The translations under genes and the position numbers were made by a program. The notes under the pieces were generated by a model. That model was not told where the DNA came from, made no database searches, and saw only the letters and a program-made list of their open reading frames with translations. A DNA stretch of 64,000 nt, from the NCBI RefSeq assembly GCF_028435265.1, contig NZ_JAGTJK010000012.1, forward strand, positions 38,900 through 102,899, written 5' to 3'. The DNA comes from Polyangium jinanense. GTDB taxonomy: Bacteria > Myxococcota_A > Polyangia > Polyangiales > Polyangiaceae. The number at the start of each line of letters is the position of its first letter. Positions within the stretch are counted from its first letter, which is position 1. Positions 1 to 10,600 of this stretch are shown in pieces.

Positions 1-258
1 CCGAAAGGCGAGGTCTTCGTGGTCGCCGACGATGCGCCCGTCCCTCAGTCCGAGGTCATCGACTGGCTCTGCGCTCGGCTCGGCGTCCCGCGACCCACCG
101 AGGTCCCGAGGGATCACCTTCCCCCGACCCTCCGGAACGACCGTCGCGTCGACGCCGGGAAGATTCGACGAGAGCTAAGGGTTTCCCTCGATTACCCGAC
201 GTATCGCGAGGGGTTCGTCGCCTGCCTTGCCGCGGAGGCCGACCCCACGACCTCGTAA
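1..258 (+). CDS. C-terminal fragment (5' truncated by window edge) of a NAD-dependent epimerase/dehydratase-like (SDR-fold) protein
   Basis: The frame is open from base 1 (PKGEVFVVADDAPV...EVIDWL...LG) and ends at TAA 256-258. The C-terminal motif pattern resembles the epimerase/dehydratase family. Only about 85 aa are visible. Confidence 0.35.
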   Translation, partial: PKGEVFVVADDAPVPQSEVIDWLCARLGVPRPTEVPRDHLPPTLRNDRRVDAGKIRRELRVSLDYPTYREGFVACLAAEADPTTS

Positions 259-325
259 GAATTTAGTTTGCGTTGCCAACTATTTCGTTGGCTCACCAAT
301 TACGTCTGGTCTATCTTCGGCGGTC

Positions 326-1012
326 ATGGAAAAGCTGATCCGCGGCCTCATCGACTTCCGCAAGAACAAGCTCCCCGGCCTGGCTCCGCTCTTCAAGCAG
401 CTCGCGGAGCGGGGGCAGAAGCCGGACGTCCTCTTCTTTGCTTGCGCCGACAGCCGTGTGGTCCCGAACCTGATGGTCTCCACCGACCCGGGGGACCTCT
501 TCGTGGTTCGGAGCGTCGGCAACCTGGTCGCGCCGGCCACCGCGTCCGGCATCTCCGTGGGCGACGTCTCCGAAGCCTCGGCCATCGAGTTCAGCCTGGC
601 CAAGCTCAAGATCAGGCACATCGTCGTCTGTGGTCATTCTCGCTGCGGCGCCATCGAGGCCATCCTCAACGGCCGCGAGAACTACAGCGCCTTGCCGAAC
701 CTCAAGGCGTGGCTCGCGCACGGCGAAGCTGCCTTTGCGCGCCTCGTGCGCTCGCCCTTCATCAAGGACGACCTGTCGGCTGTCGATCGCCTCTCCCAGG
801 CCAACGTCCTCCAGCAGCTCGAGCACATCGCGAGCTACGCGAACGTCCGCACGCTCGTGGACGAGGGCGCGATCACGCTGCACGGCTGGTGGTTCGACGT
901 CGCGACGGGCGACGTGCACGTCTACGATAGGGAGCGCGGCGGCTACATCCTGCTCGACGAGACCGAGGCCGAGCGCGTGCTGGCCGGCCAATCCGCGTTT
1001 CAGCATAGCTGA
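326..1012 (+). CDS. beta-class carbonic anhydrase
   Basis: I recognise the beta-CA motifs CADSRV...HIVVCGHSRCGA. I chose the ATG at 326 (MEKLIRGLIDFRKN) rather than the ORF-track start at 227, which adds an Arg/Pro-rich extension. Confidence 0.85.
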   Translation: MEKLIRGLIDFRKNKLPGLAPLFKQLAERGQKPDVLFFACADSRVVPNLMVSTDPGDLFVVRSVGNLVAPATASGISVGDVSEASAIEFSLAKLKIRHIVVCGHSRCGAIEAILNGRENYSALPNLKAWLAHGEAAFARLVRSPFIKDDLSAVDRLSQANVLQQLEHIASYANVRTLVDEGAITLHGWWFDVATGDVHVYDRERGGYILLDETEAERVLAGQSAFQHS

Positions 1013-1095
1013 CGGCCAGGCCGAGGGCCTCACGCCGGGATCAACCCGGAGTGAGTAAGGAGGCCCGGGTGCGCTTTTTCGTTCACATCGCGCCC

Positions 1096-1203
1096 GGAGT
1101 GACTCTCCATCGGTGGAGGTCCCCACATGGCAGAGGAACAAAGCAAGGCGGAGTGACTCTCCATCGGTGGAGGTCCCCACATGGCAGAGGAACAAAGCAA
1201 GAC
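1096..1203 (+). repeat. perfect 54-bp tandem duplication (2 copies, 1 mismatch) spanning the RBS and ATG of the downstream DUF418 gene
   Basis: Copy 1 is 1096-1149 and copy 2 is 1150-1203. Each carries ggaggtccccac-ATG-gcagaggaacaaagcaag. The first ATG (1127) opens only a 9-codon uORF (MAEEQSKAE*), and the second ATG (1181) is the real gene start. Confidence 0.9.
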
Positions 1204-2482
1204 GGAGGGCGCCCCACCGCTCACACCCGTCGCCCCGGAGGAACGCAACCCGCTTCTCGACGTCCTTCGCGGGTTCGCCCTGCTCGGCATCATCGTGATG
1301 AACATGCCGGGCTTCAGCGTGCCCGACGGCATCCACGCGCTCGACGAGCACTACTTCCCGCGCTTCTACGACCGGGCGGCCGAGACCGTCACGTCGATCG
1401 TGTTCGCGGGCAAGGCCAACTCCATCTTCTCGTTCTTGTTCGGCCTCGGGCTGACCGTCCAGATGCAGCGCGCCGAGGCGAGCGGCGCGCGCCTCACGCC
1501 TCTCTACCTGCGACGTGTCGCCGTGCTTTTCCTCGTGGGCGCCGCGCATGCGATCTTCCTCTGGAACGGGGACGTGCTGCACACGTATGCGGTCCTCGGG
1601 CTCTTCTTGCTCGCCTTGCGCCGCGCCTCCGATCGGCTCGTCTTCGGGCTCATCGCGATCGCGTTCCTCGCGCCGACCGTGCGCAGCATGATCGGGCTCC
1701 TTCTGCAAGAAGCGCCCCCGCATCCGAGATCCTTCTGGGTCGCCATGGCGCATGAGCACATGCGGATCTACTCGACGGGGACCTATCTCGAGCAAATCGG
1801 GGCGCGGCTCGCGGTTTTCGCGGATGCGTACGCCATGATCCGGATCGGCCACGGCATGATCTGGTGGTATCTCTCGGTGTTCGTCACGATGCTCCTCGGG
1901 CTCTACGCGGGCAAAAAGCGGCTGCTCGAGGACGTCGCGGAGAACCTCCCGCGGATTCGCAAGGTCCTCTGGATCTCGCTGAGCCTCGGAATCGCCGCGT
2001 CGGTGGGTTTTTCTCTGCTCTTCGAGTTCCGACCCATGCCCCCGCCGGAAGGCTGGACCTGGTACGGCTTCTTCGCCGAACTGCTCTTCCGGGTGAACCG
2101 GCCCCTGCTCTGCATCGCTTACATCGCGGCGATCGCGCTCCTGCTCCAGACCGACCGCGGCAAGCGCGTGCTCCTCGTGCTCGCGAGCCCGGGCCGCATG
2201 CCGCTGACGAATTACCTGACGCAGAGCCTGATCGCGACCACGCTCTTTTATAGTTACGGATTTGGCTGGTACGGCAAAGTCGGCCCGCTCCTCGGGACCG
2301 GGATCGCGGTGGCGATCTTCGCCGTGCAGGTCGTCTGGAGCCGATTCTGGCTCGCGCGTTTCCGCTATGGCCCGCTCGAATGGCTGTGGCGCGCCGCGAC
2401 GTACGGCAAGCTGCCGCCGATGCGCCTCGCGCAAACCCCGGCGGCGCCTGTGCCGGTCAGCCCCACCGCGTCGGGTTCGTAA
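1181..2482 (+). CDS. DUF418/YeiB-like integral membrane protein
   Basis: The N-terminal signature NPLLDVLRGFALLGIIVMN is followed by multiple hydrophobic segments. The frame runs 433 codons and is preceded by a GGAGG RBS. Confidence 0.75.
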   Translation: MAEEQSKTEGAPPLTPVAPEERNPLLDVLRGFALLGIIVMNMPGFSVPDGIHALDEHYFPRFYDRAAETVTSIVFAGKANSIFSFLFGLGLTVQMQRAEASGARLTPLYLRRVAVLFLVGAAHAIFLWNGDVLHTYAVLGLFLLALRRASDRLVFGLIAIAFLAPTVRSMIGLLLQEAPPHPRSFWVAMAHEHMRIYSTGTYLEQIGARLAVFADAYAMIRIGHGMIWWYLSVFVTMLLGLYAGKKRLLEDVAENLPRIRKVLWISLSLGIAASVGFSLLFEFRPMPPPEGWTWYGFFAELLFRVNRPLLCIAYIAAIALLLQTDRGKRVLLVLASPGRMPLTNYLTQSLIATTLFYSYGFGWYGKVGPLLGTGIAVAIFAVQVVWSRFWLARFRYGPLEWLWRAATYGKLPPMRLAQTPAAPVPVSPTASGS

Positions 2483-2489
2483 AACCCTC

Positions 2490-3740
2490 TCAGCCCGCGG
2501 CCCCGCCCGGCAGCCCCGTCGGGTCCGGGTCGTTCACGTCTTTCGCGTCCCGCCGTCGCCGCGCCGCCGGATCGTCGTACATGAAGATCACGGTGAACAG
2601 CACGAACGCGGCCCACATTGCCACGTGGTGGTAAAGCATCGCGACCCCGCCGAGGCGCTGGAAGATCTGGCTCGCAACGAGCGGGCCCGAGAGGATGCCC
2701 GCCGCGTAGAACATGTTGTAGATCGAGTTCGCCCGGCTGTAATCGCGCGGCTCGACGATGACGCCCGTGAGCGCGAGCGCGACCGGCGACATCGACGCGA
2801 ACGACCCGCCCGTCCCGAAGACGATGGCGAGCATGAGCCAATAGTTGTCGGCGTAGATGAAGCCGGCCACGCAGCAGAGCCCGATGAACGAGAGCACGCG
2901 GACCGCGCGCAGGTGCCCCACGCGGTCCGCGACCCGGCCCGCCACGTTCGAGAAGATCATCATGCCGAGGCAAAACAGCCCCGGCAGCACGATCGTGCGG
3001 TTCTCGGGAATCCCCTTCGACTCGATGAGGTAAAGCGGCAGGAAAATCACCACGGCCGCCTGGAAGTAGCCGTACGAGAACGAGGCGAAGCACGACGTCT
3101 TGATACGCCACAGGATCGTGGCGGCCGAGAGCTCCGAGCCCTTTTCGCCCTCCGTCTCCTCATCCGCGCTCGCGCCCTCGACGGGCGGCGCCGGCGGCAT
3201 CTTCAAGGCCACGTAAAGGCCGGCGCTGAGCGCGAACAGGGCGGCCACGCCGAACGAGACGGTCGCAGGAACGAACCGATCCATGCCCGTCGCCATGAGC
3301 GGACCGGCCACGTATCCGCTCGCGAGCCATATCGCATAAAGGGTCGTGAGGTACGCCTTGTGCTCCTTCCGGGCTTGCGCGAGCAGCACCGTCTCGGAGC
3401 TGACCCATATGCCGATCGTGAACAGGCCGTCGACGAAGCGCACGCCCGCGACCTGGGCGAAGGTCTTCGCGAACGGGAAGGCGGCGAGGCAGCCCGCGTA
3501 CCCGACGAGCGACGCGGAAAGGACTCGCTCGGCCGAAAACCGTCGAATGATCGCCCCGACCGGGAGCGCGAAGGCCACGAGCCCCGCGCCGAAGAAGAGG
3601 GCCAGAAAGCCGATCGAATCCTTCGAGTACCCCAGCCGGTTCAGGTGCACCGCCGTGAGACCGATCGAGATGCCGCACGCAATCCCGAACGGTAACGTGG
3701 TCGCATAGAGACGGCGGAGCTGGGGGGTGACAGGACTCAC
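2490..3740 (-). CDS. MFS transporter
   Basis: A 416-aa polytopic protein with about 12 hydrophobic helices and an acidic central loop. The sequence has typical MFS character. Confidence 0.8.
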   Translation of the reverse strand: MSPVTPQLRRLYATTLPFGIACGISIGLTAVHLNRLGYSKDSIGFLALFFGAGLVAFALPVGAIIRRFSAERVLSASLVGYAGCLAAFPFAKTFAQVAGVRFVDGLFTIGIWVSSETVLLAQARKEHKAYLTTLYAIWLASGYVAGPLMATGMDRFVPATVSFGVAALFALSAGLYVALKMPPAPPVEGASADEETEGEKGSELSAATILWRIKTSCFASFSYGYFQAAVVIFLPLYLIESKGIPENRTIVLPGLFCLGMMIFSNVAGRVADRVGHLRAVRVLSFIGLCCVAGFIYADNYWLMLAIVFGTGGSFASMSPVALALTGVIVEPRDYSRANSIYNMFYAAGILSGPLVASQIFQRLGGVAMLYHHVAMWAAFVLFTVIFMYDDPAARRRRDAKDVNDPDPTGLPGGAAG

Positions 3741-3937
3741 GCACGGCCTCTACCATGGCGGCCGCGCGTGGGCTATGTGCCTCTGCTGCGAACGACTTTT
3801 CTCATCGGCCGCCGCGTCGCAGCATGAACGCCCGCCTGCCGAAGCGTCGATCCAGAGCCGCGCTTTTGTGTTGACAGGAAGGGCCCGCGCGGACCCGCGA
3901 GCGGGCGAGCCCGGCGCGTGTCAATGGCGGTATCGGA

Positions 3938-4843
3938 TCAAAACCCGTCGCAGTCGCCGGGCACGACCTCTCTCAGGTGCACGACCTCGCCGTCGAAGCG
4001 GCAGATCACGCTTCGATCCGGGTTGAGCGGGCTGTTCAAGAGGCAGTTGTCGAGCGCCTCCTCGCATGAGCTGTCCGGCGTGTGCATCGAGCCGCCCTGG
4101 TCCCAGCAGAACTTGAAATCGTAAACCCCGGGCGCCTCCTTGCCCGCGCACGAATCCGCGCCCTCCGGCTCGTCGTCGCATTCGAGCATGCCCTCGGCCA
4201 CGTGGCTCGTCTGCGTGTAGCCCTGCTCGATTGCACACGACGAGTCGGCCTGGAGGTCGTCGTGCAGCGTGAAGTGCGTGGCCTGATAACAGCCGTGGAA
4301 CGAGGTCAACGCGCGCCCCGTCAGGTTCTCGACCGCGGCGACGAGCGTCTGCGTATCGCTCCCGCCCTCGGCGTGCGGCCATGCATAGCCATACGCGCCG
4401 AGCGAACCGTCCGGGCCGTCGTGAATCTCGACCGCCACGCCCGCGGGCACGTCGGCCGTTTGATCGTGATAGCCGTTCAGGATCACCTTTTCGAGCGTGA
4501 CGCCTTCGGCCGCGGTGACGGTCCAGTGCACCGGCTCGTACGACGAGAGGACCAGGATCGAGCTCGATTGCCGCTCGACGTGCACCGAAGCCGCGCCGGG
4601 CGGGTGCACGCCGCCGCCGTGATTGCCGTGTGATTCGTAGATGCCGATGAGGTGCAGCTCCGAGCCGCAGACGGGGGGCGGGTTCACGACGCCGCCGGGA
4701 TCACCCGGGCCAGGCTGACCAGGCTGGCCGTCCTCGCCGCCGCCCCCGATCACGACCGTACCCTTGCAGCCCAAAAGACCGAGCGTGCCCGTGAGAACGA
4801 GACCCGCGAGCGTCCGCCCGAAATACGATAAGGTCATTTCCAT
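3938..4843 (-). CDS. Cys-rich secreted lipoprotein, hypothetical
   Basis: I chose the internal start MEMTLSYFGRTLAGLVLTGTLGLLGC (lipobox LLGC) with a GGAGGA RBS. A Gly/Pro linker is followed by a Cys-rich domain. The long upstream ORF extension lacks a signal peptide. Confidence 0.55.
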   Translation of the reverse strand: MEMTLSYFGRTLAGLVLTGTLGLLGCKGTVVIGGGGEDGQPGQPGPGDPGGVVNPPPVCGSELHLIGIYESHGNHGGGVHPPGAASVHVERQSSSILVLSSYEPVHWTVTAAEGVTLEKVILNGYHDQTADVPAGVAVEIHDGPDGSLGAYGYAWPHAEGGSDTQTLVAAVENLTGRALTSFHGCYQATHFTLHDDLQADSSCAIEQGYTQTSHVAEGMLECDDEPEGADSCAGKEAPGVYDFKFCWDQGGSMHTPDSSCEEALDNCLLNSPLNPDRSVICRFDGEVVHLREVVPGDCDGF

Positions 4844-4977
4844 TCCTCCGCGCGAAAGCGATGCGACGGGGAACGTAGCACGCGTGGAATGGCTGGAGAA
4901 GTGTCGACGCGCCGCCCGCCGGGATTTTGGCAGAGATCCGCCTACACCTGCTGCGGCGCGTCGATCGCCGTCGCTCG

Positions 4978-7371
4978 TCAATGAACCGCGCGCACTTCGC
5001 CGCCCGTCTCCGCGTCGTTGCCGAGCGGGACGGTCTCTTCGTCGGCCGGCCGATCTTCCAGCGCTGCGTGGATCACCTGGCTCATGTCCTCGGCGAACAC
5101 GAACGTCAGCGAGCTACGCACCTCCTCCGGCACCTCCTCGACGTCGCGCGCGTTCTTTTGCGGCAGAATCACCCGCTTGATGCCGGCCCGATGCGCGGCC
5201 ATCACCTTCGCTTTGATCCCGCCGACGGGGAGCACGCGCCCACGCAGCGTGCATTCGCCGGTCATGGCCGTATCACTGCGCACCCGCCGCGACGAGAGCA
5301 GCGAGGTCAGCGCCGTGAACATCGTCACGCCCGCGCTCGGCCCGTCCTTGGGCACGGCGCCCGCGGGCACGTGAATGTGCAGGTCCTCCTCTTCGAGCTT
5401 CGACGTATCCACGCCGAGCTCCGCCGCGTGGCTCTTCACGTACGAAAGCGCCGCCTTTGCCGATTCCTTCATCACGTCGCCGAGCTGCCCCGTGATTTCC
5501 ACGCGGCCTCGGCCCGGCATCCGGCTCGTCTCGATGAACAGAATGTCGCCGCCCACCGGCGTCCACGCCATTCCCGTCGCAACGCCCGCCGACGCCGTCC
5601 GCTCCGCCACCTCCGCGAAAAACTTCACCTTGCCGAGGTATTTTCCGAGATCGCTCTCCTCCACGTGCAGGTTCGGCTTTTCGTCCTTCGCCCGCGCCAC
5701 CTCCAGCGAGAGCGCGCGGCAGAGCTTCTTGATTTCCCGTTCGAGCTGACGAACGCCCGCCTCCCGCGTGTAATCGCGCACGATGGCCCGGAGCGCGTCG
5801 TCCGTGATCGTCAACGTGCCCTCGGGGATCCCGTGCGCCGCGAGCTGCTTCGGGATCAGGTGCCGGCGCGCGATCTGCGCCTTCTCGTCCGGCGTGTATC
5901 CGGGGACCTCGATGATCTCCAATCGATCGCGGAGCGGCGCCGACAGCGTGCCGAGGTCGTTCGCCGTGCAGACGAAGAGCACCTCGGACAGGTCGAACGG
6001 CAGCTCTAGGTAATGGTCCTGGAACGTCTTGTTTTGCTCCGGATCCAGCACCTCGAGCAGTGCCGCCTCGGGATTGCCCGCCCAGCCCACCGCGAGTTTG
6101 TCGATCTCGTCGAGCAGCACGACCGGGTTCTTCACCTTCGCCTTCTTCATCCCGTGCACGATCCGGCCCGGGAGCGCCGCCACGTACGTGCGCCTATGCC
6201 CGCGGATCTCCGCCTCGTCGCGCACGCCGCCGAGCGCGATCCGCACGAACGGCCGCCCCGTCGCGTCCGCGATCGATTGCCCAATGGAGGTCTTGCCAAC
6301 CCCGGGCGGGCCCGCGAGGCAGAGAATGCTGCCCTTCGCCGTGCCCTTCAATTTCAGCACTGCGATGTGCTCCAGGATCCGGCGCTTCACGTCGCCGAGG
6401 CCGTAATGGTCCTCGTCGAGCTTCTTGCCGACCGCGTCGATGTCGTCCTTCGCGTCGGCGCGCTGGCTCCACGGTAGCTCCGCGATCCAGTCGAGGTACG
6501 TCCGGATCACGTTGTATTCGGCCTGCTGCGGCGAAAGCGCTTCGAGCCGCTTGATCTCGCGATCGGCGACCGTGCGCACCTCCTCGGGCAGATTCGCCTT
6601 TTCGAGCCGCTCGCGCAGCTTGCCCGTCTCGTCGTCCGAGCTTTCCTCGCCGAGCTCTTTCTTGATGGCCCGGAGCTGCTCGCGCAGGATCGCCTCGCGC
6701 TGGTGATTGCCGATCTCGCGGCGCACGTCCTGCTCGATTTTGCGCTTCACCTCGGAGAGCGATTTCTGCTCGATGACGAAGCCCGCGACGATACGCAGCC
6801 GCTCGACCACGTCGAGCGCCTCGAGCACCCGCATGTCCTTGTCCGACGTGAGCCCGAGCAGCGCCGAGACCCGATCCGCGAACAGGCCCGGATCCTCCTC
6901 GGCGAGCGACGGCTCGATCGAATTCTCGATTCCACGGCCGAGCTCGCGCACCTGATCGAAGAGCGCGCGGGCGAAGAGCTTGGCCTCCTCGCTCGATTCG
7001 CTCGTCTCCGCGGCGACCTCGCCCTCCGCGAGCCAGAATGGATCCCGACGCACGATACGACCGAGGTGCATGCGGCCCACGCCCTCGATGACGAGCTTCA
7101 TGTCCCCGCTCGGCAGCCTGCCCGTCTCCACCACCCGGGCGAACGTCCCGAGGCGATAGAGATCCGACTCGGCCGGATCCCCGAGGTTGCGGTCTTTCTG
7201 CGTGAGGACGCCGATCACGTCCCCCTTGTTCAGCGTGCGGACGAGCGCCACCGAGCGCTCGCGGCCGATGGGAAGAGCGATCACCGCGCCGGGAAAGAGC
7301 ACCCCGTTGCGGAGCGGAAGCACCGGAAATGGAGAAGAGGGCGCGCGGGCCCCGTCGCGGAGGGTCGTCAT
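4978..7371 (-). CDS. lon: ATP-dependent Lon protease
   Basis: The protein has a Lon N-domain, Walker A GPPGVGKTS, an AAA+ core and a C-terminal proteolytic domain (PKDGPSAGV). It is 797 aa. Confidence 0.95.
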   Translation of the reverse strand: MTTLRDGARAPSSPFPVLPLRNGVLFPGAVIALPIGRERSVALVRTLNKGDVIGVLTQKDRNLGDPAESDLYRLGTFARVVETGRLPSGDMKLVIEGVGRMHLGRIVRRDPFWLAEGEVAAETSESSEEAKLFARALFDQVRELGRGIENSIEPSLAEEDPGLFADRVSALLGLTSDKDMRVLEALDVVERLRIVAGFVIEQKSLSEVKRKIEQDVRREIGNHQREAILREQLRAIKKELGEESSDDETGKLRERLEKANLPEEVRTVADREIKRLEALSPQQAEYNVIRTYLDWIAELPWSQRADAKDDIDAVGKKLDEDHYGLGDVKRRILEHIAVLKLKGTAKGSILCLAGPPGVGKTSIGQSIADATGRPFVRIALGGVRDEAEIRGHRRTYVAALPGRIVHGMKKAKVKNPVVLLDEIDKLAVGWAGNPEAALLEVLDPEQNKTFQDHYLELPFDLSEVLFVCTANDLGTLSAPLRDRLEIIEVPGYTPDEKAQIARRHLIPKQLAAHGIPEGTLTITDDALRAIVRDYTREAGVRQLEREIKKLCRALSLEVARAKDEKPNLHVEESDLGKYLGKVKFFAEVAERTASAGVATGMAWTPVGGDILFIETSRMPGRGRVEITGQLGDVMKESAKAALSYVKSHAAELGVDTSKLEEEDLHIHVPAGAVPKDGPSAGVTMFTALTSLLSSRRVRSDTAMTGECTLRGRVLPVGGIKAKVMAAHRAGIKRVILPQKNARDVEEVPEEVRSSLTFVFAEDMSQVIHAALEDRPADEETVPLGNDAETGGEVRAVH

Positions 7372-7445
7372 CGTGGGACTCCTTGGGACTTCAGGAAAGA
7401 GCGCCTCGCCACGGTCGGCGTCGCCGGTCCGGTGGCCCGAGGCGT

Positions 7446-7471
7446 GAACGAACCATAAATCCGTTCACTGC
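7446..7471. promoter_or_regulatory. 7-bp inverted repeat (gtgaacg-N12-cgttcac) in the lon upstream/divergent promoter region
   Basis: Seen directly in the sequence, between the lon start (7371) and the kinase gene start (7680). Confidence 0.25.
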
Positions 7472-7679
7472 TCCGTCAACGGGGGGACGTGCGAAGGGGT
7501 GACGGGACGGTACGGGAGGCTCGTGGGGGGCCTTCCGCCCAGGGGCGCCACACGTGTGACGTTCGTCATGACCGCGTAGAGAAGATGATCCGCGCCCCGC
7601 CGACGCGTATGCTGGTAACGGTGCGGGCAAACGGGACCTCGACGTCGTCGGACCACGCTCTTCGCAAACCGCCTTCGGG

Positions 7680-10600
7680 ATGAGAGTCGGGCAGGTCCTC
7701 GCGCAGAGATTCCGCGTCGACGCCCAGGTCGGGGGCGGCGGCATGGGGCAGGTCTATCGCGCCTTCGATCTCTCCAGCGGCGAGATCGTGGCCGCGAAGA
7801 TCCTGAACGACACGGCGCCCGAGACCGTGGCGCGGTTCGAGCGGGAAGGCCGGGCGCTCGCGCGGCTCTCGCACCCCGGCATCGTCCGCTACGTGGCGTA
7901 CGACGTGATGCCGGACGGGCAGCCATTCCTGGTGATGGAGTGGCTCGAAGGCGAGGATCTCGCGCAAAGGCTCGCGCGCACGCACCTCACGGTCCCCGAG
8001 ACGATCACGCTCGCGACGCGCGTGGCCGAGGCGCTCGGCGCCGCGCACGCGCAGGGCATCGTCCACCGTGACCTCAAGCCCGGCAATGTCTTTCTCGTTG
8101 GAGGTCGAAGCGAGTCGCCGAAGATCCTCGATTTCGGCATCGCGTTTTTCGGCGGCAGCGCCCGCATCACCGCGACCGGCACGATGATGGGCACGCCGAG
8201 CTACATCGCGCCCGAGCAGGCGCGCAGCGGCGGCGTGGTCGACGCCTCGGCCGACGTGTTTTCCCTCGGATGCCTGCTCTTCGAGTGCCTCTCGGGCCGG
8301 CCTCCTTTCCAGGGCGATCACTTCGTCGCGGTGCTCGCGAAGGTCATCTTCGAGGAGGCGCCGCGGCTCCACGAGCTCGGCGTCGTCGTGCCCCCGTGGC
8401 TCGACGAGCTCGTCGCGCGCATGCTCTCGAAGGAGCCCACGCGGCGGCCGCGCGACGGCGCCACGCTCGCCCGCGCCCTCGAAGCCGAGACGATCGACGA
8501 CGACGGCCTCGACGACGTGCCGCCGCGCTCGCTCGGCAAGCGTGAGCGGCGCTTCCTCGGCGTCGTGCTGCTCGGCCCGCCCGCGTCCGCGCCGCCCATC
8601 ACCTCGACCTCGAAGACGCTCGCGGTCTCCACGCCCGACACGATGCGCTCGGTGGTCACGCGGTTCGGCGCGCACCTCGAGCTCCTCGCCGACGGCACGG
8701 CCGTCGTGATCCTGGACCACACGAGCGTGCCGACGGACATCGCCGCGCAGGTCGCCCGGTGCGCGCTCGCGCTGCGCGAGTTTTTTCCGGGGGTGCCCAT
8801 CGCTGTGACCACCGGGTGGTGCGAGCTCGGTCGCGGCCTGCCGGTCGGCGAGGCGATCGAACGGGCGATCTGGCTCCTGCACATGGAGGGACCCGTCCCC
8901 GGGCCACGCGTCGCGATCGACGAGACCACGGCGGGCCTGCTCGACAGCCGCTTCGACTTCGTCGAGCTCGCGCCCGGCGGCTGCGAACTGCGCGGCGAGC
9001 GCGTCTCGGCCGAGGCCTTCCGCCCGCTGCTCGGCAAGCTCACGCCATGCGTGGGGCGCGAGCACGAGCTTGCCCTGCTCGAACAGAGCTTCACGAACGC
9101 CGAGAACGAACCTGCGGCGCTCGCCGTGGTGGTCACGGGATCTGCCGGCATCGGCAAATCGCGCCTCGTGCACGAGTTCATCGAGCGTCGCAAGCGCGCG
9201 GCCGCGCCCGTCGAGATCCTGTGGGGCCGCGGGGATCTGCAGCGGGCCGGCTCCACGTTTGGCCTGCTCGCCGACGTGCTCTGGCGTGCGGCCGAGGTGA
9301 AGGGCGGCGAGCCGATCGAGGTGCGGCGCGAGCGCCTCGCCGCGTTCGTCGCGCGGCACGTCCCCGAGCGCGACCTGCGCCGCGTGACCGAGTTCCTCGG
9401 CGAGCTCTCGGGCATCCCGTTCCCCGACGAGGACAGCCTCCCGCTCCGCGCCGCGCGCCAGGACCCCGAGCTCTGCGGCGAGCAGATACGACGCGCATTT
9501 CGTGATTTCCTACGCGCTCTTTGCGCCGAGCGTCCCGCGCTCATCGTCGTCGAGGACGTGCACTGGGGCGATCGCGCCTCCGTCTCGGCGCTCGAAGCGG
9601 CGCTGCGCGAGCTCGCGGACGAACCCATCTTTCTCGTCGCGACCGCGCGTCCCGAGGTCGAGCAAGTGTTTCCGCAGCTCTGGGTCGAGTGTGGCCGCCA
9701 GGAGATCCGGCTGAAGCACCTCTCCGTGAAGGCGAGCGCCCGGCTCGCGCGCAAGGTGCTCGGCGACGCGGCGGAAACGCCTCTCATCGAGCGGCTCGTG
9801 ACCCTTTCCGAGGGGCATCCGTTTTTCCTGGAAGAGCTCGTCCGGGCCGCATCCGAGGATTCGCTCGGCGAATCCTTGCCGGAGACGATCGTGGCCATGG
9901 TGCAGACGCGCCTCGAGCGGCTCGAACCGCGCGCGCGTCGGGCTTTGCGCGCGGCGAGCATCCTCGGCGAGGTCTTCTGGCGTGGCGCCGTCGTGCACAT
10001 GGTCGGCGAGGGCGATCCGAGCAGCGATCCGCTCGCCGCGCTCGTCGCCGGCGAGATTTGCTCGAAGCATCGGGAGAGCCGTTTTCCCAAGGACGAGGAG
10101 TACGCCTTCCGCCACGCGCTCCTCCGCGAGGGCGCGTATGCGCTCCTCACGGACGACGATCGGGAGCTCGGCCATAGGCTCGCCGGCGAATGGCTCGAAC
10201 GGGCGGGCGAGACCGATCCATTGATCCTCGCGAACCACTTCGAGCGCGGCGGCCGGCTCGATCGGGCGGGCACGATGTACATCCGCGGCGCGGAACAAGC
10301 GAGCGCGCGGCGCAATTACCCGGACGCGGAGCGTTACTTCGCGCGCGCCGACGAGCTGCTCTCCGGTTTGCCCGCGGTCGCGCGGCGCGCGCGTGGCCTC
10401 GCGCGGTTTCGGCGGGGCCAGTACGAGGACGCCGTTACCGAGCTTGCGGCCGCGCGGGCCCAGGCCGAGGCGGCGGGAGATGTCCTCTTGCAGGTCGAGC
10501 TCTTGCTCGACGAGTCCATCGTCTTCGACTGGATGGGCGACGTGAAGCGCGCCGAGGAGCTCGTCCTCGACGCGAAGGCGCGGTATGTCGAGGGCACCTC

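Noticed and set aside
311-2434. 707-aa minus-strand ORF overlapping the carbonic anhydrase and DUF418 genes
   Set aside because: It is Arg/Glu/Asp/His-rich low-complexity translation antisense to two genes with clear family motifs. This is a typical GC-rich antisense artefact.
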